A stretch of 63,945 nt of DNA, filler included, from Caldilineae bacterium (GTDB lineage: Bacteria; Chloroflexota; Anaerolineae; DTLA01), in NCBI GenBank assembly GCA_037446815.1. It is 7 parts of 7 records of this genome, joined end to end, with 100 filler letters (N's around TTAATTAATTAA, not from the genome) between each part and the next. Parts side by side here need not be neighbours in the genome. Positions count along the whole stretch, not along the records: positions 39,862 to 49,412 come from JBBIHX010000114.1; positions 49,513 to 58,892 come from JBBIHX010000115.1; 5 more parts are not named here. The stretch is one strand, 5' to 3'. The position numbers and the translations under genes were made by a program. Below, one piece after another: positions 40,862 through 51,173 of the stretch. Each line of letters starts with the position of its first letter. Position 1 is the stretch's first letter. The notes under the pieces are model-generated. The model worked only from the letters and a program-made list of their open reading frames with translations, made no database searches and was not told the DNA's origin.

Positions 40862-40905
40862 GATTCCGTTCCCTCCATGCCGCGCGATAGGGCCGCAGGT
40901 TCTCG

Positions 40906-42102
40906 CTACCACTCGGCCTGCGCCCGCTCCCGCACAACCCTATCGTACACGCTCAGCGTCTGTTCGGCAATTCGCAGCCAGTTGTATTGCTCCTTCACCA
41001 TGCGATAGGCCGCCTCTGCCCGCTGGCGCGCCCAGTCTGGCTCCTGCAACGTGTGCACAATGCCCCACGCCAGCGAGTCGGGATTCCCTGGGTACACCGT
41101 GATGCCGGTCTCGGCATGCTTGACCACCTCGGCCAGCCCGCCCACCGCCGACACGACCACCGGCGCGCGGGCTGCCATCGCCTCCAGCGCCACGATGCCG
41201 AACGGCTCGTACAGGCTGGGGAACACGACGCAATCCGCCAAAGCGAACAGTTTGTTCCGGTCCACGTCGGAGATGAACCCCGTGAACAGCACCTTGCTGC
41301 CGAGGCCGCGCTCCTGCGCTCTGTGCCGCAGTTCACCCAGCATGCCGCCCGTCCCCGCGATGACGAATTTCGCATCCGGAAAACCGGCCAGTACCTTCGG
41401 CACCGCGTCCAGCAGCACGTGCACGCCCTTCTCGTACACAATGCGCCCCACGTAGAACACGATGCGCTCGTGGGGCAGCGCGAACCCCTTTCGGAACTCG
41501 CGCAGGTCCGCGCCGCGCCACTGCTCAAACGGAGCCGTATTCACGCCGTTAGGGATTATGTCAATCTTGTCCGTGGGCACATGAAAGTACGTTTGCACTT
41601 CCCATGCCATGTACTGGCTACAGCAGATGACGCGCCACGCCTCATACGTGAGCCACCATTCCACGCTGTGGATAGATTGCTGCAGGTCGTTGTACAAGTG
41701 CCCGTGATTCCGCCCCATCTCCGTCGCGTGGATGGTTGCCAGGAGCGGCGTCTTGTGGGCGTGCTTCAGCCGTTCGCCCGCGAAGGCCGCGAGCCAATCG
41801 TGGGCGTGGATGACGTCAAATCCCCCGACGCGCCGCCACAGGTCCTCGGCAACATCCCCCAGGCGCACGTTGGTTCGCTCGGCCGCGTCGTGCACATCGT
41901 CAAACGGGCCTTCGGGCGGCGCAACGCGGTACACGTGCAGGTTGCCGCCATGCTCCTCCGCGGCGCCCCCCATCCATGCGGGCGTAACGATATGGACCTC
42001 GGCCCCCTGCTCGGCGAGAGCGGGAGCCAGTTCCATGACGTGCTTCCCCAGCCCGCCCACCACGTGCGGCGGGTATTCCCATGAGAACATCAGAACCCGC
42101 AT
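40906..42102 (-). CDS. GT4 glycosyltransferase (glycogen-synthase-like)
   Basis: SWEYPPHVVGGLG, HAHDWL, TIHATE, YEPFGIVALEAMA. Confidence 0.9.
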   Translation of the reverse strand: MRVLMFSWEYPPHVVGGLGKHVMELAPALAEQGAEVHIVTPAWMGGAAEEHGGNLHVYRVAPPEGPFDDVHDAAERTNVRLGDVAEDLWRRVGGFDVIHAHDWLAAFAGERLKHAHKTPLLATIHATEMGRNHGHLYNDLQQSIHSVEWWLTYEAWRVICCSQYMAWEVQTYFHVPTDKIDIIPNGVNTAPFEQWRGADLREFRKGFALPHERIVFYVGRIVYEKGVHVLLDAVPKVLAGFPDAKFVIAGTGGMLGELRHRAQERGLGSKVLFTGFISDVDRNKLFALADCVVFPSLYEPFGIVALEAMAARAPVVVSAVGGLAEVVKHAETGITVYPGNPDSLAWGIVHTLQEPDWARQRAEAAYRMVKEQYNWLRIAEQTLSVYDRVVRERAQAEW

Positions 42103-42207
42103 GTTGCCCGTTACCGTCCTCGTCCTGTCCTGCTTCGTCGGCTGTGGTGGTCGCCTAGAACGCCCGCGGCCGCCGACGGCTCCCTTTGCAGCCGCCTTGT
42201 GCTCACA

Positions 42208-43287
42208 TCACGGCTTCCGAGATGCCGCAAGCCTCACAGCCTCAAGGCCCATCTCGGTGCGCGTCCCATCGTCCCTGAACGCGACATGCCCCGTTAGGCC
42301 CGGCCAATCGGTCTGGCGCAGCGCACGCGCCACGCCCGCGCGGGTCAACTCCCCGGCCCCAGCCGCTCGCTCCATTGCGGCCAGGAGCACGTTCGTTGCG
42401 TCGTACACCACCGGCGCAAGGGATCCGGGCTCCGCACCGGCCAGCGCCGCGTACCGCTCTCGGAACCGCTCCCACGCGGCCGTGTCGGTTCGCGCCGCAA
42501 CCCGTGCGATCCACACACCCCCCGCGGCGTCGCCGGCCAGCGCCAGAAACACATCGCCGCCCAGGTCGCTGCCGCCCACCAGCGGAACGCCCTGCCCCGC
42601 GTAGGCTTTTGCCCATTCGGCGGCGCGGTCAGGCGGCCCGTCCAGCACTACCGCCTGCGCCTCGGGCGGCACGCGCTCGCCCGGCGCCACGACCATCGCC
42701 CACCACGCGCTCAGCGTGAGCCACTCATCGCCCCCGCCGATGACCGCCAGGCGCGCCCCCGTGCCCACGCCCGCCCCCTGCACTGCCGTCAACGCCTCGT
42801 GCAGGTAGGATGTCCCCGCGAAGAACACCCAACCCGGATGCGGATTGCCCGTGTATGCCGTTGGCGACACCAGCGGCAGGCCCAGCCTCGCGTACTCCGC
42901 CAGCGCCGCGTCGGTCGTGTGGCGCAGGGTGTGGCCTACGACTCCGAGCACATCCGCGTCTGCGGCCAGTTCCGCCGGCTGCGCGCGGGCTTGTGTCGCG
43001 CTCCCCGACTCGTCCAGCGCGACCAGTTCCACGGGATGGCCGCCCACGCCGCCGCGCTCGTTCCACTCGGTCAGCGCCGCCTTCGCCGCGTACAGCGCCT
43101 CGTACCCGCAACTGCGGTACAGCCCCTCAAAGGAGCCGACCAGCCCTATCTTGACCACGCGGGGAATCGGCGCTGCGGTGCGACACCCGGCAAGCCCGGC
43201 CATGGCAACGGCAAGCGCGCAGAGCACTATGCCCCTGAAAACCCCAGACCCTGGCCTATTATACACCGTTTTGCCGCCCGCGTCCAC
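42208..43287 (-). CDS. Branched-chain amino acid ABC substrate-binding lipoprotein (LivK-like); start uncertain
   Basis: LAGC lipobox, KIGLVG, VELVALD, YDA, GLTGHVAF. Confidence 0.75.
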   Translation of the reverse strand: MDAGGKTVYNRPGSGVFRGIVLCALAVAMAGLAGCRTAAPIPRVVKIGLVGSFEGLYRSCGYEALYAAKAALTEWNERGGVGGHPVELVALDESGSATQARAQPAELAADADVLGVVGHTLRHTTDAALAEYARLGLPLVSPTAYTGNPHPGWVFFAGTSYLHEALTAVQGAGVGTGARLAVIGGGDEWLTLSAWWAMVVAPGERVPPEAQAVVLDGPPDRAAEWAKAYAGQGVPLVGGSDLGGDVFLALAGDAAGGVWIARVAARTDTAAWERFRERYAALAGAEPGSLAPVVYDATNVLLAAMERAAGAGELTRAGVARALRQTDWPGLTGHVAFRDDGTRTEMGLEAVRLAASRKP

Positions 43288-43332
43288 AGACTTACGTAAA
43301 GATTCGCAAATGTTCGCTCTCGGAGAGCGTCA

Positions 43333-44481
43333 TCAGCGCCGGTACTTCGCCTGATTCTCCAGATGCTCTTCAAATGTGCGGCTGAACACGTGCGAACCGT
43401 CGCCCTTGACGTCATTGCGCACGAAGTACAGGTAGTCTACGCTGGCGGGATACAGCACGGCCCGAATTGCCTCCAGACCCGGGTTGCAAATCGGCCCGGG
43501 CGGCAACCCCAGGTGCGTGTACGTGTTGTACGGCGAATCCACCGACTGATAGTCCTCGGCCGTCAGCGGATTCCACCAGCGGCCCGTGTTCGGGTTGAAC
43601 CCCATGGCATACTGCACCGTCGGGTCCGCGCCCAGGTACATGCCCGCTTCCAGGCGATTCAGGTACACCGCCGCGATGATGGGCCGCTCATCGGGCACCA
43701 CTGCCTCCCGCTCCACGATGGCCGCAAGCGTGAGCACCTCGTAGAGCGACATCCCTTGCTCCTGCGCCCTGGCGCGCAGTTCGGGCGTAACCCTGCGGTC
43801 AAAGGTAGACAGCATCAGCGAGATCACCTCGCGCGCCCCGTAGGACGGCCCGATGCGGTACGTGTCGGGAAACAGGTACCCTTCCAGCGACGCGCCCGCC
43901 GGGCGATCTCGCAGAAACGCGAACTCCGGCCAATCCTGTGACGCCAGCGCGATGAATTCGGAGCGGGAAGCGATGCCGCGCTCCTCCAGGTACTCGGCGA
44001 TCTGCTCCAGCCGCCAGCCCTCGGGAATCGTGATGCTCGTCTCGCGCAGGCGGCCGTGCTGCAGGCGCTCGGCGATCTCCACCATCGTCATCGCCGGCGA
44101 CAGTTCGTACTCCCCCGCCTCCAGGCGGTTCGCCAGGTCGTAGTAGCGCACCAGCATCCGGAACAGATCCGCGTCCGTAATCAGTCCCGCCTGCTGCAAT
44201 TTGGCCGCGATGTCCGCCGCCGTCTCGCCGGGCTCCACCGTGAACGGCGTCGGCTTGCCCTGCGGATTCGCCGGCGTTTCCAGATCCGCCTGGCGCAATT
44301 GCAGGTACAGGCCGATGAGTTGCCTCTCCACACCCCCCGCGTCGGGCGTGGGCAGGCTGCCCACATCCACCATCGGCCCGGCTGTCATCTGCTTCCAGAC
44401 CAGATACCCGCCCCCCACGAACAGTGCGACAATCGCCAAAAGCGCCACCACAAATACGAGCACGCGCAGTGTCTTTCTCAC
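43333..44481 (-). CDS. mltG: Endolytic transglycosylase MltG
   Basis: [40 protein letters not shown]. Confidence 0.93.
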   Translation of the reverse strand: MRKTLRVLVFVVALLAIVALFVGGGYLVWKQMTAGPMVDVGSLPTPDAGGVERQLIGLYLQLRQADLETPANPQGKPTPFTVEPGETAADIAAKLQQAGLITDADLFRMLVRYYDLANRLEAGEYELSPAMTMVEIAERLQHGRLRETSITIPEGWRLEQIAEYLEERGIASRSEFIALASQDWPEFAFLRDRPAGASLEGYLFPDTYRIGPSYGAREVISLMLSTFDRRVTPELRARAQEQGMSLYEVLTLAAIVEREAVVPDERPIIAAVYLNRLEAGMYLGADPTVQYAMGFNPNTGRWWNPLTAEDYQSVDSPYNTYTHLGLPPGPICNPGLEAIRAVLYPASVDYLYFVRNDVKGDGSHVFSRTFEEHLENQAKYRR

Positions 44482-44897
44482 CCTTGCCCTCGCATGTGAT
44501 CAAGATAACTTTGCAGAATCAGAATCGCCGCGGCCACATCCACCCGTTGGCGGCGTTTGCGCCCGCTCACCCCCGCCTCCTGCATACGCCGGTCGGCTTC
44601 CAGCGTGGAAAGCCGCTCATCCCACAGCACAACGGGCACCGACGCGCGGGCGCGGAGCGCCTCCACAAAGCGCTCGGTCTCCTCGGCTTGCGGCCCGGGC
44701 TCGCCCGACATGGACAGCGGATAGCCCACAACGATGCGCTCGGCCCCCAGCGTCTCTACCAGCCGCTGCACCGCCTCCACGTCCTTGGTCAGCGACGTTC
44801 TCTGGACAACCTGCACGCCGCTGGCCAGAAACCCCGTCGGGTCGCTCGCCGCCACGCCGATGCGCCTGCGGCCCACGTCCAGCCCCACGATAATCAC
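44478..44897 (-). CDS. ruvX: YqgF/RuvX nuclease
   Basis: [30 protein letters not shown]. Confidence 0.93.
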   Translation of the reverse strand: MIIVGLDVGRRRIGVAASDPTGFLASGVQVVQRTSLTKDVEAVQRLVETLGAERIVVGYPLSMSGEPGPQAEETERFVEALRARASVPVVLWDERLSTLEADRRMQEAGVSGRKRRQRVDVAAAILILQSYLDHMRGQG

Positions 44898-46408
44898 GGC
44901 GTCTCTCCGGGGAGCGGAGCGCGCAAGGTCATGCGCATGGACAGCAACGGCAGTCGCCCCAGCCAGGCATTGCGCAGGCGGATTTCGGGCAGCGACTCCA
45001 GCCCCAGTTCGGACTGCAGGTATTGCGCCGCCCAGGATGCCGGTTTCCCTCGGATGGCGTTCAAGATGCCCGCTTCATCCACCACAGGGGCAGCCGTTCC
45101 TGCCGCCTCCATGACGAACACCACACGCTGATCCTCCACGCCCTTCACCTCCGTGGGGCGGAATTGCAGCGTCCGCGGCACCAGCGCCATGCCCGCAGGC
45201 ACCTTCCGCTCCAGCGCTTCCAGGGCCAGCGCGTTGGCGTCCTTCCCGCTGATGGCCAGGGCCTTCACCACCACGATCATGTCCAGCGTCAATTCCTCGG
45301 TCGGCTCATCGATGAACTTGTCGTACACCTCGCTGATGGGGATGGCAACCATCGTCTCGGGCAGGAGGAACTCCTGCTCCTGCAACTCATCGCGGAGCAT
45401 CAGATAGGCCTCCTGCTGGATGCGCTGAAGCAACTGCGCGCGGGCGCGGGCCTTGTCCTCGTTGCTGACGACCGACACGCTCTTGACCGACCCGCCGCTG
45501 GTGGCCTTCTCGTTCACCGCCGCCACGCCCGCGCCGGGCGGATACTCCACTCGGTTGATGACGTAGGGCTGCACGTTGCCGCTCAGTCCGGGTTCCACCG
45601 CCTCAATCTTGGCGGTCGCCTTCGCCCCGAAACCGGCGGGCACGGTAACCGTCTCCACCGTCTGGAAGCGAACGATAACCCCCGTGGACGTGGCCAGGAT
45701 AACCCCGGGGGGCAACATGATTTCGGACTCGGTCTTGTTGGAGAAGACGATCTCACCCTGGGCCTTGGCATCCGGCACATCCTTGCGGCCCGACACGCGC
45801 ACGCGCTCGGTGTCCTTGACCTCCACGCGGATGTCCCGCGCGGGCACGGCAGAGGTGATGGGCTGGGCCTGCATGAGCCGAGCATCGGCCTGGATGAGGA
45901 TGGACTCCGAGAGAGGCACGGCGGGCAGTTGCACTCGGATCTCCGCCGACGGCAGCACAACCAGCGCGACCCCCACAAGCAGCAAGCCGACCACCGCGAG
46001 GAGCACGAGGACGACACCCATCTGGCTCCAGCGCGCCGCGCGGCCAGGGGCAGAAGGCGCTGCCTTGGGGGTCGGGGCCTCGGATGGCAGGGCCGATGGC
46101 TCCGGAGTGAAGACGCCGACGGTCGGCACGCCGGCCCGGCGCACACGTTGCCCCCCTTCAACAGAGTGGGAAACGGCGATGCCCTGCTCCCGCGCCAACT
46201 CGGTAACCACGCGGTCGCGCGTTACCAGCACGATCCCCATCTCCCGCGCCGCCGCATGGCGCGCCAGAAGGCGCAGCGCAACCGGACTGCGCAGCGCCGC
46301 ATGCCCCTTGGGCAGAACCAGAATCACGCGCTTGGCCTCGGCCCAGTCCAGCCGATCCCGAATGGCGGGCAGGTCGTCGGTCGGCTCCAGGTAGATGATT
46401 TGCTCCAT
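44894..46408 (-). CDS. Single-TM protein with a baseplate J/gp47-like domain
   Basis: Cytoplasmic N-domain, one TM, then IVFSNKT...RFQT...IEAVEPGLSGNV...VNEKATSGG pattern. Confidence 0.65.
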   Translation of the reverse strand: MEQIIYLEPTDDLPAIRDRLDWAEAKRVILVLPKGHAALRSPVALRLLARHAAAREMGIVLVTRDRVVTELAREQGIAVSHSVEGGQRVRRAGVPTVGVFTPEPSALPSEAPTPKAAPSAPGRAARWSQMGVVLVLLAVVGLLLVGVALVVLPSAEIRVQLPAVPLSESILIQADARLMQAQPITSAVPARDIRVEVKDTERVRVSGRKDVPDAKAQGEIVFSNKTESEIMLPPGVILATSTGVIVRFQTVETVTVPAGFGAKATAKIEAVEPGLSGNVQPYVINRVEYPPGAGVAAVNEKATSGGSVKSVSVVSNEDKARARAQLLQRIQQEAYLMLRDELQEQEFLLPETMVAIPISEVYDKFIDEPTEELTLDMIVVVKALAISGKDANALALEALERKVPAGMALVPRTLQFRPTEVKGVEDQRVVFVMEAAGTAAPVVDEAGILNAIRGKPASWAAQYLQSELGLESLPEIRLRNAWLGRLPLLSMRMTLRAPLPGETP

Positions 46409-46426
46409 AGTCGCCAACCGAACCCG

Positions 46427-49156
46427 TTAGGCTGGAAGGTGCTCACGCACCCAAGCGGTAACGCTCTGCACCGCTTCGCTCAGTCGGCTCACATCGCGCC
46501 CGCCGGCCTGAGCCAGCGTGGGTTTGCCGCCTCCGCCGCCCTCAATCAGGCGAGCCGCATCCCGAACCAACGCCGCTGCGCTCAATCCGCGCTTCACCAG
46601 GTCTTCCGTAACCGCCGCCACGAGGCTGGGCTTCTCGTTGATGACCGCGCCCAGGAGCACCACGCCGCTGGGGTTGGCCTCGCGGAACCAGTCGGTCATC
46701 TCGCGCATGGTGTCCACGTCGGATGCCGAAACCACGGCCCCAAGGACCGGGACGCCGCGCACCTTCTCGGCCTGCTGAATCAGGCTCTCAAACTGCTGGC
46801 GCGCCTGGGTGCGCTTCCACGCCTCCAGGCTCTTCTCCAGGGACTGCACGCGCTCCATGAGATTCAGCACCTTGCGGTCCACCTCTTCGGGATTGCAGCC
46901 TAGGAACGCAGCGGCGGCATTCAGCGTCCGCATGCGCTGCGACGCCATACGCTGCGCCGCGCGCCCCGTCAGGGCCACGATTCGCCGCACCCCGGCGCCG
47001 ATGCTGCTCTCGCTCTGGATGAGGAAGAGGCCGATTTCGCCCGTGTACGCCACATGCGTGCCGCCGCACAGTTCCTGGCTGAACGCCTCTTCGCCCGAGC
47101 CAATCCGCACCACGCGCACGCGGTCCCCGTACTTCTCCCCGAACAGGGCGATGGCCCCTTTGGCCACAGCCTCTCTGTAAGGCTCCACCTCGGCGGAGAC
47201 GGGGTAGTTGGCGAGGATGGCGTCGTTCACCGACTGCTCCACCGCGTCCAACTCGTCTTGCGTGAGCATCGCCGAGTGGGTGAAGTCAAACCGCAGGTAG
47301 TCGGGCGTAACCAGGGAGCCCGCCTGCTGGACGTGCTCGCCGAGAACGTAGCGCAGTTCGCTGTGCAGGATATGGGTGGCCGTGTGATTGCGGGCGATGT
47401 CCTGCCGCCGCTCATAGTCCACCGCCGCCCAGACCTCGTCGCCGACCTTGGCAACCCCCGATGTCATCTTGCCAAAGTGAACGATGAGGCCGGACAGGAC
47501 CTCGCGCGGCTCTGCAACCTCAAACTCCCACGTGAGCGCATCCGTCGCCTGCTCATAGCCGGCGATGATGCCCGTGTCGCCCACCTGCCCGCCCTTCTCG
47601 GCGTAGAACGGCGTCTGCGGGATGATAAGCCCCACTTCTTCGCCTTCGCGGGCGCTGTCCACCAACTCGCCGTCTCGCAGGATGGCGACGAGCCGCGTGT
47701 CGGCCTCATAGGCTTCGTAGCACAGTTGAGTTACACCCGCCAGCGGCAACTTCCCCTCCGCCTGGAGTTTGTCCATGATGCGGCGGTACTGCGCCAGGCG
47801 ATCCTCGTCGCCCGTGGGGCCAAAATGCTGGGCCGCCCGCGCACGCTCCCGCTGCTCCGCCAACGCCCGCTGGAACCCCTCAATGTCCACCGTGAAACCC
47901 TGTTCCGCGGCCACCTCCCGCGTCAAATCCAGCGGGAAGCCGTAGGTGTCGTACAGGCGGAAAGCCTGCTCGCCTGGGATTTCGCGCTTGCCCTCGGCCT
48001 TCAGACTCTCCATCATCTCTTCCAGCAGCCCCAGCCCCGTGCTGAGCGTCTGCTGGAATCGCTCCTCCTCCTGGTTGATGACCTTCAGGATGAACTCACG
48101 GCGTAGGCTGAGTTCGGTGTACGGGTCGCTCATCTGGTCAATGACGACCTTTGCGATCTCGCCCAGGAACGGCTCGGTGAAGCCAAGCATCTTTCCATGC
48201 CGTGCCGCCCGCCGCAGGATAAGCCGCAGCACGTACCCGCGCCCCTCATTCCCGGGCCGCACGCCATCGCCCACCAGGAACGTTGTCGCGCGCCCGTGGT
48301 CGGCGATGATGCGGTAGCCCACAATGCGCTTGCGCATCTCCTCGTCCGAGTGCCCCAGCAGTTCCTGAATCCGCCGCATGATGGGCGTGAACAGGTCGGT
48401 ATCGTAGTTGCTGGGCGCGTCCTGCAGCAGCGAGACGAGCCGCTCAAACCCCATGCCCGTATCCACGCCCGGGCGCGGCAAACGCGTCATCTGCCCCTTC
48501 TCGTCCATGTTGAACTGCATGAACACCAGGTTCCACAGTTCCCACCAGCGGTCGCAGCCGTTGTCCAACTCCGGACGGCAATTCGGATCGCCGCACGTGC
48601 AGAACTCCTTGCCGCGGTCGTAGTGAATCTCGGAGTTGGGGCCGCACGGCCCTGTGTCGCCCATCATCCAGAAGTTGGTCTTCTTGCCCATGCGGGCAAT
48701 CTTTTCCTTCGGGACGCCGATCATGGTGTGCCAGAGGTCAAAGGCCTCGTCGTCCTCCTCGTACACGGTCGGCCACAGGCGCTCCGGCTCCAATTCCAGC
48801 ACGCACGTCAGAAAATCCCACGCGTACTGGATGGCCTCGCGCTTGAAGTAGTCGCCAAACGAAAAGTTGCCCAGCATCTCAAAGAAGGTGTGATGCCGCG
48901 GCGAGGGGCCCACGGTCTCCAGGTCGTTGTGCTTGCCGCTGACCCGCATGCATTTCTGGGCCGTGGCGGCGCGGGTATATTCGCGCTTCTCCAGGCCCAG
49001 GAACACGTCCTTGAACTGCACCATGCCCGCGTTGGTGAACAGCAGCGTGGGGTCGTTGACCGGCACCAACGACGAACTGGGCACGATCGTGTGCCCGCGC
49101 TCCGCGAAGAATCGCAGGAAAGCATCGCGCAATTCTTTGCTCGTCAGTCTCTTCAT
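46427..49156 (-). CDS. alaS: Alanine--tRNA ligase
   Basis: DPTLLFTNAGMVQFK, HHTFFEMLGNFSFGDYFK, HTATH, ELCGGTH, GGGGGKP. Confidence 0.98.
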   Translation of the reverse strand: MKRLTSKELRDAFLRFFAERGHTIVPSSSLVPVNDPTLLFTNAGMVQFKDVFLGLEKREYTRAATAQKCMRVSGKHNDLETVGPSPRHHTFFEMLGNFSFGDYFKREAIQYAWDFLTCVLELEPERLWPTVYEEDDEAFDLWHTMIGVPKEKIARMGKKTNFWMMGDTGPCGPNSEIHYDRGKEFCTCGDPNCRPELDNGCDRWWELWNLVFMQFNMDEKGQMTRLPRPGVDTGMGFERLVSLLQDAPSNYDTDLFTPIMRRIQELLGHSDEEMRKRIVGYRIIADHGRATTFLVGDGVRPGNEGRGYVLRLILRRAARHGKMLGFTEPFLGEIAKVVIDQMSDPYTELSLRREFILKVINQEEERFQQTLSTGLGLLEEMMESLKAEGKREIPGEQAFRLYDTYGFPLDLTREVAAEQGFTVDIEGFQRALAEQRERARAAQHFGPTGDEDRLAQYRRIMDKLQAEGKLPLAGVTQLCYEAYEADTRLVAILRDGELVDSAREGEEVGLIIPQTPFYAEKGGQVGDTGIIAGYEQATDALTWEFEVAEPREVLSGLIVHFGKMTSGVAKVGDEVWAAVDYERRQDIARNHTATHILHSELRYVLGEHVQQAGSLVTPDYLRFDFTHSAMLTQDELDAVEQSVNDAILANYPVSAEVEPYREAVAKGAIALFGEKYGDRVRVVRIGSGEEAFSQELCGGTHVAYTGEIGLFLIQSESSIGAGVRRIVALTGRAAQRMASQRMRTLNAAAAFLGCNPEEVDRKVLNLMERVQSLEKSLEAWKRTQARQQFESLIQQAEKVRGVPVLGAVVSASDVDTMREMTDWFREANPSGVVLLGAVINEKPSLVAAVTEDLVKRGLSAAALVRDAARLIEGGGGGKPTLAQAGGRDVSRLSEAVQSVTAWVREHLPA

Positions 49157-49265
49157 ACCCCCAATCCCTTCTCTCCTCCGGATGGCCCGCATTCTAGAGC
49201 ATCTGTGGGCAAGTGTCAAACGCGCGGCCGAGAGCGCGGGGTTCGGAAGTCCGCTGGCAACTGCC

Positions 49266-49412
49266 GCCATTCCGAGCGGCGAAGCCCCGAGGAATCTCGC
49301 GCTCGCAGGCTCACATCACCCCATCCGCGCAATCCGTGGATACAAACCCGAAGACGCTTCGCCTTCGGCTCAGCATGACACAATGAGGCTGTCATTCCGA
49401 GCGGCGAAGCCG
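49266..49412. repeat. REP cluster at the contig end
   Basis: Two copies of CATTCCGAGCGGCGAAGCC, plus CTTCGCCTTCGGCTCAGCATGAC. Confidence 0.7.
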
Positions 49413-49512
49413 NNNNNNNNNNNNNNNNNNNNNNNNNNNNNNNNNNNNNNNNNNNNTTAATTAATTAANNNNNNNNNNNNNNNNNNNNNNNNNNNNNNNN
49501 NNNNNNNNNNNN
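49413..49512. other. Artificial contig linker
   Basis: N / TTAATTAATTAA / N. Confidence 0.98.
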
Positions 49513-49588
49513 CGGTCTCCAGGGTTGTATCCGCGGATAACACGGACTGCGCGGGTGGAAGATGGTTCGCGGTCGCGCCGCCGCGTCC

Positions 49589-50437
49589 CTATGCCTCCAC
49601 CACGCGCACGGCGCCCGCGTCCTCCTGGAGTCGGCCCCACGGTACCCGCGGGTCGTGCTCAAAAATCAGGAGCGCGTTGTTTCGCAGCGCCCACTGCCGC
49701 ACAGACCGCTTCACGTCCACCGTCTGCAGGGGCTGCACGTCAAAGGCCGTCGTCCACGCCAGGCGCTCCAGGTGCACCGCCCACGGCGCCATGTCGCTCA
49801 GGTAGATGGCCGCCTCGCCCGCCGACTCAATCACCACCGACTGATGGCCGAAGGTGTGGCCCGGCGTCGGCAGGCAGCGGATTCCCTCCACGATGTGCTC
49901 CTCGCCGCGAATGAGGCGCAACTGCTGGCGCTCCTCCAGCGGCAGCAGGTTCTCGGCCAGGTACACCGCGCGGGTGCGCTCGTTGGGATGGGTCGCGTCG
50001 TGCCATTCCTGCTCCTGCACCACGTAGGTGGCCTTGGGGAACGTGGGGACGGGCTTGCCATCCACGAGCGTGGTATTGCCGCCGCAGTGGTCTGGGTGCA
50101 GGTGCGTGTTGATGACGATGTGGATGTCCTCGGGGCCGAAGCCAAGTTCGGCCAGGCTGGCCAGCAGGCGGCTCTCCGGAAAGCGATAGATGTCCCGCTC
50201 CTTGGGCGACATCTTGGGGCCGAAGCCCGTGTTGACCAGGATGACCTCGTCGCAGGTTTCAATCAGCAGGCAATTGAGTTCCATGGGGACGCGGTTCTGG
50301 GCATCGCACTCGGCCACGCGCTGCCAGATGGCCTTGGGCACGACGCCGAAGATCGCGCCGCCGTCCATCCAGCAGACCCCGTCCGACACCAGGTGGAGCA
50401 CCACGTTGCCTAGCCTACGCGTGCGGGCTTGTGCCAT
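49589..50437 (-). CDS. MBL-fold metallo-hydrolase (YtnP-like)
   Basis: MDGGAIFGVVPK, THLHPDHCGG, TPGHT, EHDP. Confidence 0.88.
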   Translation of the reverse strand: MAQARTRRLGNVVLHLVSDGVCWMDGGAIFGVVPKAIWQRVAECDAQNRVPMELNCLLIETCDEVILVNTGFGPKMSPKERDIYRFPESRLLASLAELGFGPEDIHIVINTHLHPDHCGGNTTLVDGKPVPTFPKATYVVQEQEWHDATHPNERTRAVYLAENLLPLEERQQLRLIRGEEHIVEGIRCLPTPGHTFGHQSVVIESAGEAAIYLSDMAPWAVHLERLAWTTAFDVQPLQTVDVKRSVRQWALRNNALLIFEHDPRVPWGRLQEDAGAVRVVEA

Positions 50438-50480
50438 GCTTCGCTCCTGAATCGGTATGATGATGTGCCCTACACCTGCC

Positions 50481-50582
50481 GCCCGTGGGGCAAATGTAAA
50501 TTAGCTCTATACGCGCCCGTGGGGCAAATTGACAATTTGCCCCACACCACGGCCCGTAGCGCAAACTGATAGTTGCGCCACA
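50481..50582. repeat. REP-like palindromic cluster
   Basis: Two copies of GCCCGTGGGGCAAAT; perfect hairpin GTGGGGCAAATTG-A-CAATTTGCCCCAC. Confidence 0.65.
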
Positions 50583-50590
50583 CCCCCGCG

Positions 50591-51151
50591 CTACATCCCT
50601 CGCGCGCCGACCGTCTCGGCGACGTACTGCATCCCCCGCTCCAGCGCCCGCTTGTTCGGCTCTATGATATGCTTGCGGTGGGCGGGGATCTCCTCCTCCA
50701 TGGCCCGCTTGACGGAATCCGGCGACACGATGGGCTTGGTGGCCAACAGTGCCCCCAAGAGCACAACGTTGGCCATCCGCACGTTGCCCAGTTCGTGGGC
50801 CAGGTCGTTGGCCGGGACGTTCACCACCGTCAGGTCGGTGCGCTGCGCGGGCCGCCGCACCAACGACGTGTTGACGACCAGGATGCCGCCAGGCGCTACC
50901 AGCGGCTCGTATTTGTCCATGGATGCGGGGTTCAGCACGATGGCGATGGTCGGGTTGCGCACGATGGGCGACCCGATAGGCTCGTCCGACAGGATCACGG
51001 TGCAGTGGGCGGTACCGCCGCGCATCTCCGGCCCGTAGGATGGAATCCAACTGACCTGCCGCCCCTCAAAAAGGCCCGCGTAGGTGAGGAGTTGCCCGGC
51101 GAACAGCGCGCCCTGCCCGCCGAATCCGGATATGATCACTTCTTCGTGCAT
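50591..51151 (-). CDS. 2-oxoacid:ferredoxin oxidoreductase gamma subunit
   Basis: GFGGQG, PSYGPEMRGG. Confidence 0.92.
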   Translation of the reverse strand: MHEEVIISGFGGQGALFAGQLLTYAGLFEGRQVSWIPSYGPEMRGGTAHCTVILSDEPIGSPIVRNPTIAIVLNPASMDKYEPLVAPGGILVVNTSLVRRPAQRTDLTVVNVPANDLAHELGNVRMANVVLLGALLATKPIVSPDSVKRAMEEEIPAHRKHIIEPNKRALERGMQYVAETVGARGM

Positions 51152-51173
51152 GGGATTCTCCTCTCGCTCTCGC

